Source: an uncultured Chloroflexia bacterium (GTDB lineage: Bacteria; Chloroflexota; Limnocylindria; QHBO01). Taken from it: 64,000 nucleotides of DNA. Under the pieces are notes generated by a model. That model had not been told where the DNA came from. It did not search any database and worked only from the letters and a program-made list of their open reading frames with translations. Positions 1-9,987 of the stretch are shown piece after piece (position 1 is the stretch's first letter; every line of letters begins with the position of its first letter). Made by a program: the position numbers and the translations under genes. The stretch is from positions 128,001 to 192,000 of the forward strand of contig CAWGTN010000003.1 of the NCBI GenBank assembly GCA_963825525.1, given 5' to 3'.

Positions 1-41
1 GTCGCGAGCACGATCAAGGTCGCGGGTGGGCGAAGTCGCAT
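1..41 (-). CDS. 5' fragment of a gene running off the left edge (possible secreted protein)
   Basis: ATG at 41 on the minus strand gives MRLRPPATLIVLAT..., a basic then hydrophobic start like a signal peptide; divergent from citrate synthase. Confidence 0.35.
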   Translation of the reverse strand, partial: MRLRPPATLIVLA

Positions 42-141
42 GGGGAGAATCTCCGGATTGTGGGTGACGAACGACGGGTCGATGACGTCCCGGAGCCCGA
101 ACTCGTTACCGCGAGCAAGCATCGGACTAGACTGAGGCCCG

Positions 142-1239
142 ATGACCGAGATCCAACCTCCCTATTCGCCCGGGCTCAAGGGCGTGGTCGCGGGGGAGAC
201 GTCGCTGGCCAGGGTGGACGGCGTCAACGGGCGCCTTCAGTACCGCGGCTATCCGATCGGCGAGCTTGTGGAGCGCGGCACATTCGCCGAGGTGGCCGAA
301 CTCCTGTGGACCGGCGAGTGGGTGCCCGATGCGACGCTGGCCTGTGGGCCGCTTCCCGGCGGCGTCGTCGATGTGCTGCGCCGACTCCCGGCCGAGACGA
401 ACGCCATGGATGCGCTGCGCACCGCCGTGTCGACCTGGGGAGCGCTGTCGGGCACCCTCTGGCCACCGACCGTCGAACAGGCCAGGGAGTTGACTGCCTT
501 TGCCCCGTCAGCGCTGGCCGCCTTCGCCCGCCTTCGCGCCGGGCTCGAGCCGATCGAGGCCGATCCCTCGCTCGGGCTGGCCGAGGGGTTCCTGACCCAG
601 CTCCGCGGCGAGGCGCCCGACCCGGCTGCGACCCGGGCGCTCGACGCCTATCTGGTGGTCGGAGCCGAGCACGGATTCAACGCTTCCACGTTCGCTGCTC
701 GGGTGATCATCTCGACGCACTCGGACATCGCGAGCGCCGTGGCGGGCGCCATCGGTGCGCTCAAGGGCCCGTGGCATGGAGGCGCGCCGGCGGAGGTCGT
801 CGACCAGCTGCACGAGATGGGCTCGATCGACCAGGCGGAGGCGTGGATCCGCTCGACGCTCGAGCGCGGCGAGCGGCTCATGGGCTTCGGCCATCGCGTA
901 TACCGCAGCTACGACCCACGGGCCGCCGCCCTGCGTGCCGTCGCCGAGAGCCAGGCGCATGTCGCGGGCTGGTTGGAGAAGGCCGTCGCGGTCGAGGAGA
1001 TCGCGCTCCGAGTCCTCGCCGAGTTCAAGCCGGACTATCCGATCAAGACCAACGTCGAGTACTACGCCGCCGCCGTGCTCCAGGGCGTCGGCCTGCCGCC
1101 GAACCTGTTTCCGGCGACCTTCGCGCTGGCCCGGCACGCGGGCTGGACCGCGCATTGCCTGGAGCAGGCCGAGGCCGATGTCCTCATCCGTCCCGACGTC
1201 CGCTACGTCGGACCATCGGAGCGGTCACTCCCGGCCTGA
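142..1239 (+). CDS. Citrate synthase / 2-methylcitrate synthase (short dimeric type)
   Basis: Motifs GLKGV, EHGFNASTF, LKGPWHGGA, LMGFGHRVY..YDPRA, NVEYY, ARHAGWTAH. Confidence 0.95.
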   Translation: MTEIQPPYSPGLKGVVAGETSLARVDGVNGRLQYRGYPIGELVERGTFAEVAELLWTGEWVPDATLACGPLPGGVVDVLRRLPAETNAMDALRTAVSTWGALSGTLWPPTVEQARELTAFAPSALAAFARLRAGLEPIEADPSLGLAEGFLTQLRGEAPDPAATRALDAYLVVGAEHGFNASTFAARVIISTHSDIASAVAGAIGALKGPWHGGAPAEVVDQLHEMGSIDQAEAWIRSTLERGERLMGFGHRVYRSYDPRAAALRAVAESQAHVAGWLEKAVAVEEIALRVLAEFKPDYPIKTNVEYYAAAVLQGVGLPPNLFPATFALARHAGWTAHCLEQAEADVLIRPDVRYVGPSERSLPA

Positions 1240-2466
1240 GCGATCCGCGACTCCAGGAGGCGTCGCTCGGCGGGGTTGTCGGTCAGCTCCAGGGCCCGTT
1301 CATCGGCCAGGAGGGCGTCTGCCGTCCGACCTGTGCGACGCAGCAGCTCCGCGCGCGCGGCATGGAACAGGTGATACGCGCCCAGCCGATCGGCGAGGGG
1401 CTCGATGGCCGCGAGGCCGTCCGATCGCCCCGTCTCGCTCCGCGATGGCGAGGGCGCGGTTGAGCGCGACCACGGGCGTCGGCTCGAGGCGATAGAGGAG
1501 GTCGTACAGCGCGACGATGCTCGGCCAGTCGGTGGCGTCCCATGCGGGAGCGGCGGCGTGGACCGCCACGATCGCGGCCTGGATCTGGAAGGTCCCCGGC
1601 CGGTTCATGCGCTCGGCTCCCGCCAGCGTTTGGATGGCCGCGTCGATCGCGCCGCGGTCCCATCGCGAGCGGTCCTGGTCAGGCATGAGCACGAGGGAGC
1701 CGTCGGCTCCGAAGCGCGCGTCCCAGCGAGCCAGGTGGAGGCGCATGAGCGCGAGCAGGCCGATGGCCTCTGGCTCGTCCGGCATCAACCGCACGAGCAG
1801 AGACGTCAGCCACTCCGCGTCGCGTGCCAGCTCGCGCCGCTCTGCGGCCTCGCCGGTCGAGGCGAGGTACCCCTCGTTGAAGATCAGGTACAGGACGCGG
1901 AGCACGCCGCCGAGCCGGGCGGGGAGCTCCGCCGGTTCGGGCACCCGATACGGGATGGCGGCGTCACGGATCTTGCGCTTGGCCCGCACCAGGCGCTGGG
2001 CGACGGTCGCCTCCGGCACGAGGAAGGCGCGCGCCACGGCCGGCGTCTCGAGGCCCCCGATCGTGCGCAGCGTGAGCGCGACCTGTGCCTCCTGGTTGAG
2101 AGCCGGATGGCAGCAGGTGAACAGCAGGCGCAGCCGATCATCGGCCCCCATCGGACCGTCCGTCGAGACGCGGGTGCTCATCTGCGTCGCCTCCCGGGTG
2201 AGCTGCTCCATGCGTTCCCGATACCGTGCCTGGCGTCGCAGTCGGTCGACACCGCGCCGGCGGGCAGCCGTCATCAGCCATGCGCCCGGATTGCGCGGGA
2301 TGCCATCGACGCCCCAGTGCTCCAGCGCCGCAACCGCGGCGTCCTGGACCAGCTCCTCGGCCGCGTCCCAATCGCCCAGGATCCTGACCAGTGCCGCCGT
2401 CAGGCGCCCGCGCTCCTCCCGGAGCACGGAGGCCAGGCGCTCATCGACCGTGGAGCGATCAGGCAC
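1203..2466 (-). CDS. ECF42-type RNA polymerase sigma factor with DUF6596/TPR C-terminus; +1 frameshift near 1425
   Basis: Motifs [55 protein letters not shown]. The conserved tail ([14 protein letters not shown]...NPAERRLL) continues in another frame to a TAG at 1203. GTG start overlaps the YciI stop. Confidence 0.9.
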
Positions 2467-2806
2467 CGTCGATGACGGGACGTATCTCGAGCACGTCAGG
2501 GCCCGGCCACGACGACGCGATGGCGATCGCCTGGTCAAGATCGGCGACCTCGAGGATGCCGTAGCCGCCGACCACTTCCTTGCCCTCCATGAATGGCCCG
2601 TCGGTCACCGTCGCTGGGCCGTCACCGTCGCGACGGACCGTCGTGGCCGTCGCCACCGGCTCCAGTTGGTAGCCTTCGATGATTCGCCCAGCGGCGGAGT
2701 GCTCGCCCCACCAGCCGCCGATGCGCTGCATCAGCGCTCCCTGCTCATCGGGCGTCATGTGCGACCACGCCTCCTCGCTGCCGGCGATCAGCATCATGTA
2801 CTTCAT
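2459..2806 (-). CDS. YciI/DGPF family protein
   Basis: MKYMMLI...ATTVR...[15 protein letters not shown]...LEIRPV; GAGGAG RBS; usual partner of ECF42 sigma factors. Confidence 0.93.
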   Translation of the reverse strand: MKYMMLIAGSEEAWSHMTPDEQGALMQRIGGWWGEHSAAGRIIEGYQLEPVATATTVRRDGDGPATVTDGPFMEGKEVVGGYGILEVADLDQAIAIASSWPGPDVLEIRPVIDGA

Positions 2807-2847
2807 GCGTCGTGCTCCTCGTGCTGTGCGATTCCCATACTCGTGAC

Positions 2848-2874
2848 GACGACCGGCGGGGCGTGAGATCGACA
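2848..2874 (-). promoter_or_regulatory. ECF42-type promoter TGTCGA-N17-CGTC upstream of yciI-sigma
   Basis: Minus strand reads TGTCGA tctcacgccccgccggt CGTC, matching the ECF42 consensus as recalled. Confidence 0.7.
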
Positions 2875-2903
2875 CCGGTACTGATTGTGCACGGGAGACC
2901 GGC

Positions 2904-3185
2904 ATGAGTGAACACGATCGACAGACGGATTCTGAGCTGGGGCTGGAAGGGGCGGACGCGGCCGCCATGGGCACCGACGGCCCGGTCGAGTCCGCGCCAC
3001 CGGGCGCGCAGGTTGTTGACGAGGAGCGGACGGTACCCGGTGCCGGCAGCGGCGACCTGGTGCCGGACGAGGCGAAGCCGTGGTTCACATCGCTGGCCGC
3101 GGCGAGCGACCAGGCCGGGGTCGGAAACGAGGATCCCGACGCCCAGGATCCCGAGTCTCCGACCGACGCGGAGATCGGCCGCTAG
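2904..3185 (+). CDS. Small, highly acidic hypothetical protein
   Basis: GGGAG RBS before ATG; fills the gap between yciI and the EamA gene; rich in D/E/P/G. Confidence 0.55.
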   Translation: MSEHDRQTDSELGLEGADAAAMGTDGPVESAPPGAQVVDEERTVPGAGSGDLVPDEAKPWFTSLAAASDQAGVGNEDPDAQDPESPTDAEIGR

Positions 3186-3200
3186 CCTCACAATGCCGGG

Positions 3201-4178
3201 GTGAACTCCGCGAACCGATCGCGGCCGACGACATCGGCGGTCGCCATTGCCCTGCTCACGGTGTACGTGGTGTGGGGCTCCACATACCTGGCGATTGCGA
3301 TCGTCATCGAGACGCTCCCGCCGCTTCTCTCGGCGGGCGTTCGATTCGTCGTGGCCGGCGCCCTGATGCTCGGCGTGCTGGCGGCACGGGCTCGACTCCG
3401 ACCCGCCCGTGAACCGGTCGAGCCCGCGACCTGGGTGCACTGGCGCTCGGCCTTCGTCATCGGTGCATTGCTGCTGCTGGGGGGCAACGGCGGCGTCGTC
3501 CTGGCGGAGCAGTACATTCCGTCCGGCGTGGCGGCCGTGCTCGTCGCCACGGTCCCGATCTGGCTTGCCGTGTTCGAGGCGGTTCAGCTGCGGCGCATGC
3601 CCAACAGGCTCGTGATCGGCGGGCTGATCGCCGGCATCGTGGGGGTCATGATCCTCCTGGCGCCGGTCGAGGGGCTGAACCGACTCGACCCACTGGGCGT
3701 CGGGCTCGTCGTCGTGGCCGCCATGTCCTGGGCTGCGGGTTCCCTCTATGCCCGGCGCGCGCCCCTGCCATCCGGGCAGCTGCGGGTGACCGGAATGGAG
3801 ATGCTGGCCGGTGGCCTGGTCCTCATCGTGGGTGGCTCGGTGATCGGCGAGCTCGGCGGGATCGCCGTCGAGTCGTTCTCCGCGCGATCGCTCGTCGGGC
3901 TGGTCTATCTGGTGCTGGTCGGCTCGCTGGCCGGGTTCACTGCCTACAGCTGGTTGCTCGCCAACGTTCCGGTCTCCACGGTCGGCACCTACGCGTACGT
4001 CAATCCGATCGTCGCCGTGGGTTTGGGCGCACTGATCCTGTCCGAGCCGATCACGCCCCGCACGATCATCGCCACCGTGATCATCATCGGCGCCGTGGTC
4101 GCCATGGTCTCCGGGCGGCCGCGTCAGGCGGAGGAGCCCGGGCCGGCCCCGGAGACCGCCACCCTGGCCCCGGACTGA
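3201..4178 (+). CDS. EamA/DMT family transporter (YedA-like)
   Basis: VYVVWGSTYLAI, LPPLL...RF, GTYAYVNPIVAV; about 10 transmembrane segments. Confidence 0.93.
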   Translation: MNSANRSRPTTSAVAIALLTVYVVWGSTYLAIAIVIETLPPLLSAGVRFVVAGALMLGVLAARARLRPAREPVEPATWVHWRSAFVIGALLLLGGNGGVVLAEQYIPSGVAAVLVATVPIWLAVFEAVQLRRMPNRLVIGGLIAGIVGVMILLAPVEGLNRLDPLGVGLVVVAAMSWAAGSLYARRAPLPSGQLRVTGMEMLAGGLVLIVGGSVIGELGGIAVESFSARSLVGLVYLVLVGSLAGFTAYSWLLANVPVSTVGTYAYVNPIVAVGLGALILSEPITPRTIIATVIIIGAVVAMVSGRPRQAEEPGPAPETATLAPD

Positions 4179-4209
4179 GGCTGGCACCGATCCTGCGCCA
4201 CACGTGCGC

Positions 4210-4560
4210 ATGAAGAAGTTCACAACCATCGATGCCACTGCGCTGCGCGAGCAGCTCATGTCGGCTGATCGGCCCGTCCTCGTCAACGCCCTGGCGCGTG
4301 AAGCATTCGAGGACGAGCGGATCCCGGGCTCCATATCCATTCCCGCCTCCGAGGCGCTACGCCTCGCCGGAGACATCCTCGCCAAGGATCAGGCGATCGT
4401 CGTCTACTGCGCCTCGAGGCACTGCACGGCCAGCCCGACCCTGGCGCAGAAGCTGGTGGACCTCGGGTACACCCGGGTCACCGACTTCGACGGAGGAATC
4501 GAGGCGTGGGAGCAGGCTGGCCTTCCGATCGAGCGTTCCCGCGTCGCCGTGGCGTTCTGA
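4210..4560 (+). CDS. Rhodanese-like domain protein
   Basis: ERIPGSISIP, IVVYCASRHC, DFDGGIEAWEQAGLP. Confidence 0.88.
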   Translation: MKKFTTIDATALREQLMSADRPVLVNALAREAFEDERIPGSISIPASEALRLAGDILAKDQAIVVYCASRHCTASPTLAQKLVDLGYTRVTDFDGGIEAWEQAGLPIERSRVAVAF

Positions 4561-4567
4561 GCGCCAC

Positions 4568-4861
4568 GTGAATCGGCCGCAGGTGGCTGTCACGTGCAGT
4601 CCGCGCGAGGGCGGCTGGCACTGCACGGTGACCGTGGGAGACGACCCGGGTGCCACGGAGCACCAGGTGCAGGTGCCGACCGATTCGCTCGCCGATCTTG
4701 CTCCCGGCTCGACGCCGGAGGAGCTGGTCCGCGAGTCGTTCGTCTACCTGCTCGAGCGGGAGCCAAGGGAGAGCATCATGCGTTCCTTCGAGCTGCCGAT
4801 CATCGCCCGATTCTTCGGCGACTACGCCGACGAGATCAGCCGGCGGTTCCGGGGCCGCTGA
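4568..4861 (+). CDS. Small hypothetical protein
   Basis: GTG start 7 nt after the rhodanese stop; PEELVRESFVYLLEREPRESIMRSFEL resembles a widespread uncharacterised family. Confidence 0.75.
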   Translation: MNRPQVAVTCSPREGGWHCTVTVGDDPGATEHQVQVPTDSLADLAPGSTPEELVRESFVYLLEREPRESIMRSFELPIIARFFGDYADEISRRFRGR

Positions 4862-5351
4862 CGACGTCTTCGGGTGGCCGCGGGTGCATCACGCGGCCAC
4901 GTCCGACCCGCAATCGGTCGAACCCGGCGGGGAAGACCACGAGGTTCCAGGCGCCGGCCTGTGCCGCGGACGGCACGATCATGCCCAGCGCACCAAGCTC
5001 TCGGGCACGGACGGCGACGGCCTGCGCCGTGCTCCGCGGGCCGGTGAGCTGCTCGATGCTCGTCGACAGCGCGGCACGCGTGTCGGGCTCGCGGAGGTCG
5101 ATGATCGGCAGGTCACGGACCTCGATCTGCCACAGGCGGCGGCGCTCCGTCGACGGGTCGATGGCACCCCGCGTCGCGGCGGCCCACTCCGCCCAGGCGG
5201 TGGATGCCTCGAGCGACGCGTAGAGCGGCCACGGTTCGCCGGGGCGGTGGTAGCGGCCCTCGGTCGGGGCCGGGCGCGCGGGCGGCGTGGCCGCGACGTC
5301 CACGCCCGTCTGCCGCCGGACGCGGCCGCTGAAGCTGCTGAGGGGGCTCAG
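4836..5351 (-). CDS. RES domain toxin (MbcT/ParT-like); start is CTG 5351 or GTG 5303
   Basis: GRYH..PLYAS...TAWAEW, IIDLR, GMIVPSA, WNLVVF match RES domain signatures; directly downstream of an antitoxin. Confidence 0.85.
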   Translation of the reverse strand: MSPLSSFSGRVRRQTGVDVAATPPARPAPTEGRYHRPGEPWPLYASLEASTAWAEWAAATRGAIDPSTERRRLWQIEVRDLPIIDLREPDTRAALSTSIEQLTGPRSTAQAVAVRARELGALGMIVPSAAQAGAWNLVVFPAGFDRLRVGRGRVMHPRPPEDVVSGPGTAG

Positions 5352-5674
5352 ACGTAGTCCCCGACGATGTACGACTCGGCCGCGCCGCGCACCGCATCGA
5401 AGTCACCAGCGGCAAGCCGATCGACCGGTCGTTCCCACGCCAAAAGCGCGTTCGGGGCCTCGAGCCAGTCTCGCTTCGAGGCATCGGCCATGCCGCGGCC
5501 CAGGACGTCCAAGACCGCGTTGAGCTCGCCGATGCGGTCGCGGAAGCGGGCCTGGGGGCGCTGGCCGATCCGCCATCGCTCGGCCGTGCGCACGCTGGCC
5601 CCGGTGGCGCGCGCCATGAATCGAGCCGGAAAGAGGCGGATGAGCCGGAGTGGGGGCGCTGCCTGGACCGTCAC
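5348..5674 (-). CDS. Xre/MbcA/ParS-type antitoxin
   Basis: HTH-like ARATGASVRTAERW and C-terminal WLEAPNALL..ERPVDRL...GDYV (DUF2384-like). Confidence 0.85.
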   Translation of the reverse strand: MTVQAAPPLRLIRLFPARFMARATGASVRTAERWRIGQRPQARFRDRIGELNAVLDVLGRGMADASKRDWLEAPNALLAWERPVDRLAAGDFDAVRGAAESYIVGDYV

Positions 5675-5680
5675 GAGCGA

Positions 5681-5709
5681 ATCCTATCGGCGATGAAAAT
5701 GCCGGTCAA
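5681..5709 (-). promoter_or_regulatory. Sigma70-type promoter of the toxin-antitoxin operon (leaderless)
   Basis: TTGACC-N17-TAGGAT followed 6 nt later by GTG. Confidence 0.7.
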
Positions 5710-5726
5710 TCTGACGGTGCGGCCGG

Positions 5727-7268
5727 TCAGGGAATGAGCCCGGAGGCCTCGTAGATGCGGTTGAGGACGTAGAGCCCATCGGTCTCCGGGTCGGTCAGGT
5801 TGGTCTGCGCCTGCTCCAGCATGATGTACGGGTGCATACGGGCCTGCGCCAGGTCCGTGCCGCGGAACGAGAGCTCGAGGGTCACGCCCTCCTGGGTCTG
5901 CTGGCTCCACTCCTGCCCGAACAGGAAGTTGCCGTGGCTCACCATGGTGACGCTGTAGCGGCCGTCCTCGAGCGGACCGATCTGGATCGGCCCGGACCAG
6001 TGGGTGCCGTGGCCGATCACGTGGTCGCAGCCCGCCTCGAAGAAGACCTGCTGCTGGCGGCGCATGTCGCCTCGGAACTCGGCGTGGTACTCCGCACCGC
6101 CCCACCACTGCGGGACGCAGAACACGAGGTCGGCACCGGCGGCGGCGCGCGCGACCGCCTCGGTCACGTTCTCGTCACGAAGCCACAGCACACCGGCCTG
6201 GCCTGGTGCCGCCTCGAGCGAGCCGGGCACCTCGTTGAAGGCCACGAACCCGAACGTCAGGCCATTGACCTCGACGAACGCGGGCTCGAGTGCCGCGTCC
6301 AGGTCTGCTCCGGCCCCGGTGGTCGGGATCCCCGCCGCCTCGAACTGGTCCAGGGTCTGGAGGAAGCCCGACGTTCCCCGGTCGAACAGGTGGTTTGCCG
6401 CCAGGGTCGCGACGTCGACGCCGTACGTGTCCCGGAGCCGCGGCAGCACCGCGGGGTCGATGCTGAACACCACGCCATCGTTGACGCTGAAGTCGTCGAC
6501 CACGGGGCACTCGAAGTCGTCGACCGTGACATCGGCACCGCTCACCAGCTCGGCCACCGCGCCATCGTTGCCGGTCCGCACGGCATCCACGATGTTGAAG
6601 CCGTTGCCGACGAAGCCCTCGGGGACCGGGTTCGGGTAGACCGCGGTGTACTGCGCCGTGCCGCCGCCGAAGATCCAGTCCCAGCCGCGGCCAAGGGTGA
6701 TCGCCGCATACGCCACGCCGCGGTCGGGACACGAGTCGCCGAGGCTCATGAGCGTGCGGATCTCGTCAGGGTCGTAGGGTTCGACGCCCACGGCCCGACC
6801 GGTGATCGGGTACGGCAAATCCCTGGCCGCGGCGCCGCCGAACAGGTCGGCACCCTCCACGGGAAGCACCTTCACGGTTGGCAGCACCAGGGACGGTGGC
6901 AGCAGCGCGAGCAGCGTCGGGTCGTCTGTCAGCCGTTGGATGAGCTGCGGAACCCCGAGGCAATCGCCTCCACCGGTGATCTCGCGGTCGAGGTAGGCCG
7001 TGACCTCGCACGGGGTCATGATCGTGTCGGCGGCCTCCACCTCGGCCACGGTGATGGTTGCCTTGGGGTTCGTGTAGCCGGTGACCACCGCCAGCGGGAC
7101 CTCCACCTCGGGGATCGGAGTCGGCGTGGGTTCGGGCGTCGCCTCTGGAGTCGGCGCGGCGCTGGCGGGCGCCGTGGACGGGGAAGCCGTCGACGGGCTC
7201 GAGGTTGCGTCGGCGCTGCAGGCCACCAGGCCGATGACGAGGGCAAGCGCCGAGATCAGGGTGCGCAT
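5727..7268 (-). CDS. CapA/PGA_cap family metallophosphoesterase lipoprotein
   Basis: Lipobox LVAC, P/T/S-rich linker, motifs [33 protein letters not shown]. Confidence 0.85.
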   Translation of the reverse strand: MRTLISALALVIGLVACSADATSSPSTASPSTAPASAAPTPEATPEPTPTPIPEVEVPLAVVTGYTNPKATITVAEVEAADTIMTPCEVTAYLDREITGGGDCLGVPQLIQRLTDDPTLLALLPPSLVLPTVKVLPVEGADLFGGAAARDLPYPITGRAVGVEPYDPDEIRTLMSLGDSCPDRGVAYAAITLGRGWDWIFGGGTAQYTAVYPNPVPEGFVGNGFNIVDAVRTGNDGAVAELVSGADVTVDDFECPVVDDFSVNDGVVFSIDPAVLPRLRDTYGVDVATLAANHLFDRGTSGFLQTLDQFEAAGIPTTGAGADLDAALEPAFVEVNGLTFGFVAFNEVPGSLEAAPGQAGVLWLRDENVTEAVARAAAGADLVFCVPQWWGGAEYHAEFRGDMRRQQQVFFEAGCDHVIGHGTHWSGPIQIGPLEDGRYSVTMVSHGNFLFGQEWSQQTQEGVTLELSFRGTDLAQARMHPYIMLEQAQTNLTDPETDGLYVLNRIYEASGLIP

Positions 7269-7305
7269 CGGCGTGGATGGTAGCGGCTCGCGGTACCATC
7301 AGTCG

Positions 7306-8412
7306 GTGGAACCCCTTCAGCCGTCACTCGACCTCGATACGATCCGGCGCGCCCCGAAGGTGCTCCTCCACGACCACCTGGACGGCGGCCTGCGGCCGCG
7401 GACGGTGCTCGAGCTGGCGGAGGAGGCGGGATACCGCGAACTGCCGACGACCGATCCGGACGAACTCGCCGCCTGGTTCACGCGCGGGGCCGATCGGAAG
7501 TCGCTCGAGCTGTACCTGGAGGGCTTTCGCCATACGGTTGCGGTGATGCAGACGCGGGATGCGATCGAGCGGGTGGCGGCAGAGTGCAGCCAGGATCTCG
7601 CCGCGGACGGCATCGTCTATGCCGAGGTCCGCATGGCACCCGAACTCCTCACCGACGGCGGGCTGACGCTGGACGAGGCGGTCACCGCCATCCTCGATGG
7701 GTTGCGGCGAGGCGCCGAAGGGACAGCGCTCACCGTCGGCCTCATTGTCACGGCCATGCGCCAGGCGGCCAAATCGGTCCAGATCGCGGAGCTTGCCGTC
7801 CGACACCGGGATGCGGGCGCCGTTGGCTTCGACATCGCCGGCCCGGAGGCGGGCTATCCGCCCACCCGCCACCTGGACGCCTTCAACCACGTCGCGCACG
7901 AGAACTTCCACCTGACGATCCACGCCGGCGAGGGGTTCGGCCTGCCCTCGATCGGGGAGGCCCTCCAGTGGTGCGGCGCCGAGCGCCTCGGCCACGGCGT
8001 GCGGATCGTGGACGACATCACGCTCCGACCCGACGGCAGCGCCGAGCTGGGTCGACTGGCCAGCTACGTCCGCGACACGCGGGTGCCGCTCGAGATGTGC
8101 CCGACATCGAACGTCCACACCGGCGCGACACCGAGCCTGGAAGAGCATCCGATCGACCTGCTTCGCCGGCTGCGGTTCCGGGTCACGGTGAACACCGACA
8201 ATCGCCTCATGAGCGGGATCTCCCTCAGCAGCGAATTCGCCGCGCTGCAGCGCGCATTCGGCATCGACCTGGCGGACATGGAGTGGCTCACGCTGAACGC
8301 CATGAAGTCGGCGTTCTGGCCATTCGACGGTCGGCTGAAGATCATCAACGAGCAGATCAAGCCTGGGTTCGCGGCGCTCCGAGCCTCCGCCGCGGCCGAC
8401 GGGGACGCGTAG
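7306..8412 (+). CDS. add: Adenosine deaminase
   Basis: [46 protein letters not shown]. Confidence 0.95.
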   Translation: MEPLQPSLDLDTIRRAPKVLLHDHLDGGLRPRTVLELAEEAGYRELPTTDPDELAAWFTRGADRKSLELYLEGFRHTVAVMQTRDAIERVAAECSQDLAADGIVYAEVRMAPELLTDGGLTLDEAVTAILDGLRRGAEGTALTVGLIVTAMRQAAKSVQIAELAVRHRDAGAVGFDIAGPEAGYPPTRHLDAFNHVAHENFHLTIHAGEGFGLPSIGEALQWCGAERLGHGVRIVDDITLRPDGSAELGRLASYVRDTRVPLEMCPTSNVHTGATPSLEEHPIDLLRRLRFRVTVNTDNRLMSGISLSSEFAALQRAFGIDLADMEWLTLNAMKSAFWPFDGRLKIINEQIKPGFAALRASAAADGDA

Positions 8413-8421
8413 CCGCGGGCG

Positions 8422-9309
8422 TCAGCGCGCGCTGACCGTCGGCTCGAGGAAGTCGGCAACCTCGCGCTCCAGCACGGCCGCCTCCGACTCCGAGAGTCCC
8501 CGCAGCGGCGCCCGCATGCCGGGAGTCACCGCCACGCCCCGCATGCCCAGCACCCGCTTGGCTGCCGCGACGAACTGGCCGCTCGCCTCCATGGCGGTGC
8601 GCAGGGTGCGCAGCCGACCCATGGCCGGCTCGTCGCCGGCGTCGAGGGCGGCGCGCACGATATCCGGGAATGCCGCCGACATGCCCGACACGGTGCCGAT
8701 CGCGCCTCGCTCGAGGCCTGCCGCGATGAGCGGCTCGTTGCCGATGAGGACGGGGAGTCCGAGCTCCAGGTAGGGGGCGACGCGCTCGAACGGAGATTCG
8801 CTGACCTTGAGCCCGGCAAGGTTGTCGGCCGCCTCACCGATGCGCCTGATGACATCGACCGGCAGCGGATATCCCGAGCGTGCGGTGAACGCGTAGCAGA
8901 AGAAGGGCAGCGGGGCGCAGGCGCGTGCCGCGGCGACGAAATGCGCGGTGAGCGCGTCGTCGTCGAGTGCGAAGTAGGGCGGGGGAATGACGGCCACCGC
9001 ATCGGCGCCGATCTCGGCCGCGTGGCGCGCGAGGGCGACGGTATCGGCCGTCGACTGTGCGCCGGCATGGACCACGAGCACTCCGTGCAGCGCCTCGCGG
9101 AACGCGGTGGCCGCGCGCTGGCGCTCATCGATGGTGAGGAGGACGCCCTCCCCGGTCGTGCCGCAGGCGAAGACCCCGTCGGCACCGTGGCGCTCGAGGA
9201 ACGACACGTACGGGCCGATGGCCTCGACATCGAGGGAGGCGCCGTCGTTCGTCAATGGGGTGACGGCGGCGACGATGAGGGGCCGATGGCCCAGGTCGGT
9301 GAGATTCAT
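8422..9309 (-). CDS. Dihydrodipicolinate synthase / N-acetylneuraminate lyase family aldolase
   Basis: AVTP, GVFACGTTGEG, IPPPYF, Schiff-base lysine in GLKVS. Confidence 0.88.
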   Translation of the reverse strand: MNLTDLGHRPLIVAAVTPLTNDGASLDVEAIGPYVSFLERHGADGVFACGTTGEGVLLTIDERQRAATAFREALHGVLVVHAGAQSTADTVALARHAAEIGADAVAVIPPPYFALDDDALTAHFVAAARACAPLPFFCYAFTARSGYPLPVDVIRRIGEAADNLAGLKVSESPFERVAPYLELGLPVLIGNEPLIAAGLERGAIGTVSGMSAAFPDIVRAALDAGDEPAMGRLRTLRTAMEASGQFVAAAKRVLGMRGVAVTPGMRAPLRGLSESEAAVLEREVADFLEPTVSAR

Positions 9310-9432
9310 CACGCGGCCCATGCTAGACGGCCGTCCTGGGTCTCGCACCTGCGGGCTCCGCACGCTCGCATCGGTGTAGACTCAGAATTCAGACCACCCA
9401 CACAGCCCTTTCACGAAGGCATCGTTCGCACC

Positions 9433-9675
9433 ATGACCTATGTCATCACGGAACCTTGCATCGGCACCAAGGACGCGAGCTGCGTCGACGTGTGTCCGGT
9501 CGACTGCATTCATGCCACCGACGACGATCCGCAGTTCTATATCGACCCCGATGAGTGCATCGACTGCGGCGCCTGTGAGCCGGAGTGCCCGGTGACCGCG
9601 ATTTTCGCCGAGGACGCCGTGCCGGATGGCCAGATGCAGTACATCCAGATCAACGCCGACTACTTCAAGAAGTAG
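9433..9675 (+). CDS. fdxA: 7Fe-type ferredoxin (FdxA family)
   Basis: MTYVITEPCIGTKDASCVDVCPVDCIH...IDPDECIDCGACEPECPVTAI. Confidence 0.95.
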   Translation: MTYVITEPCIGTKDASCVDVCPVDCIHATDDDPQFYIDPDECIDCGACEPECPVTAIFAEDAVPDGQMQYIQINADYFKK

Positions 9676-9678
9676 TCG

Positions 9679-9987
9679 ATGCCGCGTCTCGTTGTCCTGT
9701 ACAAGCAACCGTCCGATGTCGAAGCGTTCGACGCGCATTACCGCGACGTTCACACGCCCATCGTCAGCCGCTACCCGAACCTGCGCGACATGCGGCTCTC
9801 CAAGCTGAGCGGTGTCGGGGGCAGGGACTCCGAGTTCTTCCTGATGGCCGAGATGATGTTCGACTCGGCCGCGGACCTGGACGAAGCGCTCATGTCGCCC
9901 GCCGGCGCCGAGAGCGCGAAGGACCTCCGTAACTTTGCCGGCGCCGGCGTCACGATGTTCATCGCTCCCGACGAGGCCGATGCCTGA
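9679..9987 (+). CDS. EthD family protein
   Basis: LVVLYKQP.D.EAFDAHYRDVHTP, AEMMFDS, AKDLRNF. Confidence 0.9.
   Translation: MPRLVVLYKQPSDVEAFDAHYRDVHTPIVSRYPNLRDMRLSKLSGVGGRDSEFFLMAEMMFDSAADLDEALMSPAGAESAKDLRNFAGAGVTMFIAPDEADA

Noticed and set aside
5727-7268. Poly-gamma-glutamate capsule locus
   Set aside because: Only a CapA-domain gene is present, with no capB, capC or capD
7081-7305. N-terminal extension of adenosine deaminase in the ORF track
   Set aside because: It is the antisense of the capA 5' end; a -10 box supports GTG 7306
9376-9432. Riboswitch in the ferredoxin leader
   Set aside because: Only one short hairpin in a ~45-nt leader, with no recognisable aptamer
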